This document shows, in pieces, positions 57,267 to 64,000 of a stretch of DNA of 64,000 nt. Position 1 is the first letter of the stretch, and each line of letters opens with the position of its first letter. The translations under genes were made by a program, and so were the position numbers. Below the pieces are notes generated by a model that saw nothing but the letters and a program-made list of their open reading frames with translations, was not told the origin of the DNA and did not search any database. Origin of the DNA: Bigelowiella natans CCMP2755 (taxonomy: Eukaryota; Protista; Cercozoa); NCBI GenBank assembly GCA_000320545.1, contig ADNK01002454.1:27653-91652 (forward strand), read 5' to 3'.

Positions 57267-57460
57267 ATTGAATGACTCATCTGATAATAATAGTAATAGG
57301 AATGGAAATGATTAGGGTTGAGGAATTACTTGTTCATTTATTATGATCTACCTGTTTATAAACTATTACAAGGTGCAAAGTTGGCTAAAAAGTAGGAAGG
57401 AGATTATGGCATTTAGAAGCTATAGACTCTACCAGGTAACTACGATATGATATTACTCAG

Positions 57461-57491
<31 letters not shown>

Positions 57492-57525
57492 TATCATTAC
57501 CTTCTATGTGGTGTCATTACTTTCT

Positions 57526-57559
<34 letters not shown>

Positions 57560-58510
57560 GCAGACTGTTCTAATTGGAGAGACCAATCAGAAGAATGACA
57601 ACGCATATAAAATCGCCTCGGTTGTAGTAAGTAGTAGTAGTCGCGGATAACGAGTAGCACCTGCTATTGTGAGAAGATGAAGAAGAAGAATATGTTGTTG
57701 TTGTTGTTGTTGTTGTCGTTGTTCAGACTGCTGCTGTGTGTCATCTTAATCTAGTACCTACTAGTATTTTCTCTAGTAATGATAATACTGGGATGTATGT
57801 TTATGCTTATTAATTTGTTAATCCATCTCTCTTTCCCCTCCTCCTCCTCCTCCTCCTCCTCCTAATCAGGTGTTGCATCAAAGAGTAGTCATGAACACTA
57901 GTGCTGCTACTTCGAGGGGCGGGTGAGTATTAACAAATTGTGTTGTCGTTCTTTCGTTGTTTACATTACTTCAGAGAGAGTAAGAGAGAAGGGATAACTG
58001 AATGCATTGCATGGTTGATATTGTGTTGTTGTCGTGTGTTGCTTGCATGCTTATTGTTATCACCAGGCGGAAGGGCTCTGTGTCAATATTGCGGGGGGGG
58101 TATAAGGCATTCCAGTTGTTGTACCCAGCTTTATCGTATAGAGTGAATCATGAAGGAAAGAGGGTAGTAATTATAGATATGATATACTTCAATAACATCA
58201 CTTAGAATAAGCCTCCTTTGATCAAGTCGCTGCCATAAATTATCCCATCATCAATCACCATGAGACAAGTTGTTTCTATATTTTGTTTTGCTAATCGTCT
58301 TGAAGGTTATTTCTAACGAAGAAAATGAGAGTGAGCACATGCAGCAGCCTTTAGAGTAAGGAGTTTCTTGATACTGATGAGACTATCTACATCATCATCT
58401 TCATCATCGTCGTCATCATCATCATTATTGTTATCACCATCTTAATAACTCTAATATTGGTAGTTTCTACCCTTATTATGTTCCCAATGGGTAATCAACT
58501 TATATGCAAA

Positions 58511-58545
<35 letters not shown>

Positions 58546-58776
58546 GTACTTATCGAGTCGCACCCTTCCTCACACAGGTTTTTGCATCCTCTCGCATTGC
58601 CATCAGAAATAGTAGATCGCTTCCTCTTCATCGGGTATGGTAGTGTTCATTTATCTAGTTATATTCTGTTGTAGATGAATGGGTGTATGAGTGCATTGTT
58701 GTGTGCATCATCATCATCCTTCTCTTTCTCATAAAACAATCTGTGTGTAGTAGTAGCTTTATGATTGTCGAGTAGT

Positions 58777-58808
<32 letters not shown>

Positions 58809-59516
58809 AATTTATAGTAGTAATTTATAGTAAGTAGTAGCGTGAACTATGGAGATTAAAGGATTTAATAACAAGTAATTTATAGTAGTAGCGTGAACTA
58901 TAGAGATTAAAGGATTTAGTAATTTATAGTAGTAGCGTGAACTATGGAGATTAAAGGATTTAGTAATTTATAGTAGTAGCGTGAACTATGGAGATTAAAG
59001 GATTTAGTAATTTATAGTAGTAGCGTGAACCATGGAGATTAAAGGATTTAATAACAATAACACTCCTCCTTTTCCCTTCCTCTGATAGATCTATCAATCA
59101 CACATCTATCAATCACACTTTAATCAATCAATGAATTAGTTCGCACAAAGACTCCCAGAATCTTCCTGTGTTGCGTAGCCTTGGTACTAGCTATTATACT
59201 GATAACAAAAGGAGGAGGAGAGGAATGGATGGCAGATGTTACATAATACATAACTACACTAAAGCAAAATCCAGCAGTCACTCTTGGTGATTGCTGGTTT
59301 TTCATCGGTTTAATGTTCATCTTCTCGTGGTTATCAATATATCGATATGATGATGATGATGAAGTGTTATCGTGCCTATTATGCTGCTACTACTACTGCT
59401 GATGGTACTTTTGATGATGTTGGTGGTGTTATTTGCTATCATGTAGGAATAACACATGTCCTCATAATATCGAGGCATAAAGGTATTGATGTTTTGTTAC
59501 TTATATCATTACAAAT

Positions 59517-59558
<42 letters not shown>

Positions 59559-59580
59559 CCATTATAATATATTATTTCCT

Positions 59581-59664
<84 letters not shown>

Positions 59665-60422
59665 TGACATATATATATATATTTTTAGGACCATATAATC
59701 CATTCCCACCCACATCATTCGAATATATGCGGATTTCCTTGCCAGAAGGGTATTATTAATCATTAGGAGGGTTATAGTAGTAGTAGTAGTAGTGTTGTGT
59801 GTGTAGTAGGGGAAGATTGTCGAAATAAGTTGTGATGATATCAATAATTTGGTGGGTGGGGCTGATGATAGAACAGGGTTCGTTAGTAGTAGGGTATTAT
59901 TATAGTAATAAACTCTTCAAAACTGTACAAATGAAAACAATTATTCTGCAGATTATAAAAAGAAATATGATGGTGTTTTACTGATCAATCTCTTTATTCA
60001 TTGGCGTTTGTACTGCAACTACTGCTACACTACTAATCCCATGCCATTGCTACTTGCAATCATAAGTATTATCTATTGTTGTTATTATCTATTGATAAAA
60101 TATCATAACCTAATCACACCATGCCGCATAGGAATGACGACGATGCATTGTTGCGAGCTTTACAGTTCATTCGTGCAGCACAATTGGCTAGTGAATACCG
60201 TGGCCAGATAGACGGAGGGGATAACGATGATAACGATGATGATGATGATGATGATGATAGTAAAAGCAACATCAAATCATCATCAACGTCGAAGCAGCAG
60301 GAAAGAAGTTCTTCATCGTCACTTAGGGAGTCACACATAGGAGTGGAGGGTGTTGGCCATAAAGAGCGTATACTTGTATGTGGTGTTACTGGCAATTCGG
60401 CAGCAGCGGTTATGATGATGAC

Positions 60423-60454
<32 letters not shown>

Positions 60455-62485
60455 GGATGATGATGATGATGAGGATGTATTTGCTATGATTGCCATCAGC
60501 AGCAGCACCAAATAAACACAATACTGACACGATGTTGTTGTCGTTACTATTTATTAGAGTGTGGCTATTGCTTACATCACGATGTTGTTGTTGTCGTTAC
60601 TATTTATCAGAGTGTGGCTATTGCTTACATCACGATGTTGTTGTTGTCGTTACTATTTATCAGAGTGTGGCTATTGCTTACATCACGATGTTGTTGTTGT
60701 CGTTACTATTTATCAGAGTGTGGCTATTGCTTACATCATGAACACACAAAGAAAAACACTTCACCAGGTACTACAGTTGTTTATTATCTACTACAACATT
60801 ATTATTATTATTATTATTATTTATTATTATTTATTATATTTATTATTAGGGTTATTTATGGTGATGTACAGTCCAGAAGACTGCCATTATGTACTACAAC
60901 ATTATTAATTATTATTATTATTATTATTATTATTGTTAGGCGTACAGTCATGTACAGTCAAGACGTCAGGGAATTTGTCTCTCACGTCCTAGATGGTGAT
61001 AATTGATTATGGGAGAGGGAGGGGTGGGGGGGGAGGAGAATGAGACTATTTATTTATTAATATGATGATGATATCTCGATGGACAATTGAATCATATGGA
61101 GGTCTTTGATAGGGAATCATTATCACGGTTAGAGACATCGTTACTCAGATCTTCCTCTACACTTGAGGCTTGTGTGGATTTAGACCATGTATGGTGGTAG
61201 TAGTAGTAGTAGTAGTAGTAGCAGTAACGAAGATGATGATGATGGTAATGATGATGGTGATGATGATGATGATTATATACTATACAATGCAATGTAATGA
61301 TCTTATACTTTGGAAGAAGAGTGACATAATAATGACGATGACGATAAAATCCCTTCCCCCCCCCCCTCTCTTTCTCTCTCAGGTGCCACCTATGGATCCT
61401 GATGAACCTCTTCCAATTCCACGTAGCAGCAACAGCAAAAGCAGTAGTAATACCAATACTAATACACCGATGATGATCATAGCGATCATGGTGATGACGA
61501 TATGATGATGCTCATAATCATAGGATTTGAACAACATGAGGGGGGGGCACTTGAAGAAGAAAGAAAACAGGAAGATAGTAATGGTATTGATGAGGATGAG
61601 GATTGCAATCAAAATCGGCAATACTTTAAGGGTATTATTATTATTCACACTTGTGTGTGCACCAACGACATATTATGATTATAATTATAATAAGATATAT
61701 ATTATATGTATGTGTGTGTGTGTGTGTATTGCTCTTCTTGTGTGCCTTGATGAAGAAGTACGTTATGCTCCGATATAAAAGTTATCATCAGTAGTAGTAG
61801 AGGTGTTTAAATGCATATATGATGTATGATGAAATGTGATACTTCTACTTGCTACCATATCAGCTTCAAAACTTACATACGACCACTTCCATTTTATCAG
61901 CTTCAAAACTTACATGGGCAGTGAACGATTATCTGCAGGTAGTAACTCAATGAAGGAAGGAGGCCAAGGCCATAAATAATATGTTTTATTTTTGCTAATA
62001 ATATCGTTAACATGAAGTACTTGGTATTATTATAAAGGATATGTTTCTTAGTCACTATAGTATTCTCTCATGTCTTTGCTGTTATATTGTTGATATTGTT
62101 GATGTTATAGGAGAAATCAGATCGTCTAAACTCCTTTGTCTCTAGTTTAAATACTAGGTGGTTATACAGTGACAATTAGATATGTTATTATACATATGTG
62201 TGTGTGTGTGTGCGCGTGTGTCATGTTCACAGTTACTATTTGATGGCAGGATGAATGATATGAGCAGCGTGTGTGTGAGGACATACATTAGATTGTAGTA
62301 GATGGCTACCAGCAGCAATAAGAATTACAAATAATAATGAAGATGTATATTAGGGCAGTTAGTGAAACTGCAAATATTGAATATCTGTTCTTCGTTTATT
62401 GCGTATTGGCGTGCCCACTAAACACCTTATATCTACACAATTCATAAATACACACAAAAAATACGTATACGCACACACGTATATA

Positions 62486-62524
<39 letters not shown>

Positions 62525-63118
62525 AATATTATTTGTGTGTGTGTGTGTGTGTATTTTTGCGTGGTGACATATATCATATTACATTTTATGATCAGATATG
62601 TGGAGTTGAAGAAGGAAAACCGCACTTTGCAAAATGAGGTTATACAGATACATTAACGGGGATATTCAAGTACGAGACGATAAATTGTATATTTCTTTAT
62701 TTGTTCCTTCTTTTCCTACTGCTATTTGCAATTGTTCCATTGTCTGTTGGGTTGTCCGTTGGGTTGTCCGTTTGCTTGTAGCTCTCGGCTCTTAGGCGGC
62801 AAAACCGTATCTTGCGTGCAAGAGAGGCTGGGGGGAGGGATGGTGGAGGTAACAGTCAGTCACTGTTTAAATAGTTGATTGTTTGCGATAAGGATCATTA
62901 CTTATATGTGGCTTTTATTTTAAAGGAAAAGCTGTGGATAACACTAAATTAAAGCAAGAACTTACAACATTAAAGGCCACACTCAAACAATATAGCCAAA
63001 AGTATCCTTTACTTTATTTTAATATCACGTTTCACTTTTAAGTAATGCAAGTGTTCAACCGACATTTAGGCTTCTTGAGCTAGCAGAAGGTGATGGCGTT
63101 GTCGAAGTTCATGAATAG
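56471..63118 (+). CDS. Rhodanese + dual-specificity-phosphatase-fold protein (MKP / MK-STYX-like pseudophosphatase) with a C-terminal coiled-coil-like tail
   Basis: LLSPVMLFNYL, LLLLDARS, ESRIKG and VSILRGGYKAFQLLYP (CH2/rhodanese); LPSEIVDRFLFIG|SHKDSQNLPVLRSLG|ITHVL and RILVCGVTGNSAAA|SVAIAYIM (DSP fold); tail LKQELTTLKATLKQ...EVHE-TAG. Linkage of the 3' exons is less certain. Confidence 0.8.
58820..59050. repeat. Intronic minisatellite, 44-bp unit x about 5
   Basis: Unit gtaatttatagtagtagcgtgaactatggagattaaaggattta, head-to-tail and near-identical. Confidence 0.9.
60528..60736 (+). repeat. Tandem repeat (50/53/53/53 bp) spanning a 3' splice site
   Basis: Unit cacgatgttgttg(ttg)tcgttactatttat(c/t)ag|agtgtggctattgcttacat x4. 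Confidence 0.92.
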
Positions 63119-63149
63119 AATAGAAAGCACCAAATGTCATGTGAATTGA

Positions 63150-63767
63150 ATTATCATCTTACGTCACAATAGTTAGACAGCATAGATTACAATGAAGTGG
63201 AAAACACAGATCAGATGCTTACTTCCATGATTTTGCAATGTTGTCTACGTCTAGAAGTAGACCATCTAGCCATGGCACAACATGTGTGCACAAACATCTC
63301 ATCGGTAAGTCCGTGTCAGTGCAAGCTTGTGCGCGCGTACTGTGTGCAGCTGTGCACCAAAAAATGTGCAAATGGAACTCGAAAGTTGAATCACTACACC
63401 CATGGACGCTGTGATCGAGCGTGACATTTCAGATCCTTGTGCACGACAAAAAACAGTTATCAACGCTCCCCCATGCCAAGCAAAAACAACAAACTCAATT
63501 TTGCACAAAATCCTGACCCCAAATGCAACCACAAAGAACACACAAACCATTCAAGTTAGATGATCGAACACATGGACAGAAAAAGCGTTCAAGCGCACAA
63601 AACACCAGGAAGTGAGCCAGGTGCTGCGCAAGGCAGGCTGACTGATCTGTGGCTGCATGAATCAATCCCAATTCAGGACTTCTGCGTTCACACAAGTCAA
63701 GATCATTCAAAACCATAAAGAACTGTGATGCGACTCTGTCTGGCTGTGCTCCCAATCAAGATGGTTC
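63150..63767. other. TpA-depleted subtelomeric island 6
   Basis: TA falls off after the stop at 63118, with very few TA in 63350-63767; tgca, catg and caca are abundant. Confidence 0.8.
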
Positions 63768-64000
63768 AGGGTTAGGGTTAGGGTTAGGGTTAGGGTTAGG
63801 GTTAGGGTTAGGGTTAGGGTTAGGGTTAGGGTTAGGGTTAGGGTTAGGGTTAGGGTTAGGGTTAGGGTTAGGGTTAGGGTTAGGGTTAGGGTTAGGGTTA
63901 GGGTTAGGGTTAGGGTTAGGGTTAGGGTTAGGGTTAGGGTTAGGGTTAGGGTTAGGGTTAGGGTTAGGGTTAGGGTTAGGGTTAGGGTTAGGGTTAGGGT
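63768..64000 (+). repeat. Telomere (TTAGGG)n, G-rich strand running towards the chromosome end
   Basis: Uninterrupted TTAGGG array to the end of the window. Confidence 0.99.

Noticed and set aside
58820-59050. 44-bp repeat array resembling a CRISPR or a repeated exon (RELWRLKDL)
   Set aside because: There are no unique spacers and the context is a eukaryotic intron. The phosphatase reading frame is completed by the exon at about 59140-59182 without it.

Overview
This window is the right-hand end of a chromosome from an intron-rich eukaryote, probably a SAR-type protist (inference). It ends in a pure (TTAGGG)n telomere at 63768-64000. It holds about 11 spliced genes, mostly in head-to-head pairs: kinesin / unknown gene; TEY-type MAPK / UIM-bearing C78 peptidase with a CaaX end; DDX55-like DEAD-box helicase / giant Sfi1-repeat-like protein; a membrane-anchored ankyrin-like protein; unknown membrane protein / secreted 2OG-Fe(II) oxygenase; unknown gene / MK-STYX-like pseudophosphatase. 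A 5'-truncated non-LTR retrotransposon relic is also present. The most striking signal is compositional. Every spacer downstream of gene 3' ends, plus the retroelement and the subtelomere, is depleted of the dinucleotide TpA except within CTAG, while transcribed DNA is full of TA. Conserved reverse-transcriptase residues show the direction of change (TAT>CAT, TAC>TGC, TAT>TGT, CTA>CCA). This points to a context-specific, strand-symmetric TpA>TpG/CpA hypermutation of silent DNA, the mirror image of fungal RIP. I know of no described mechanism for it. Exon boundaries and counts were read by eye and are approximate.
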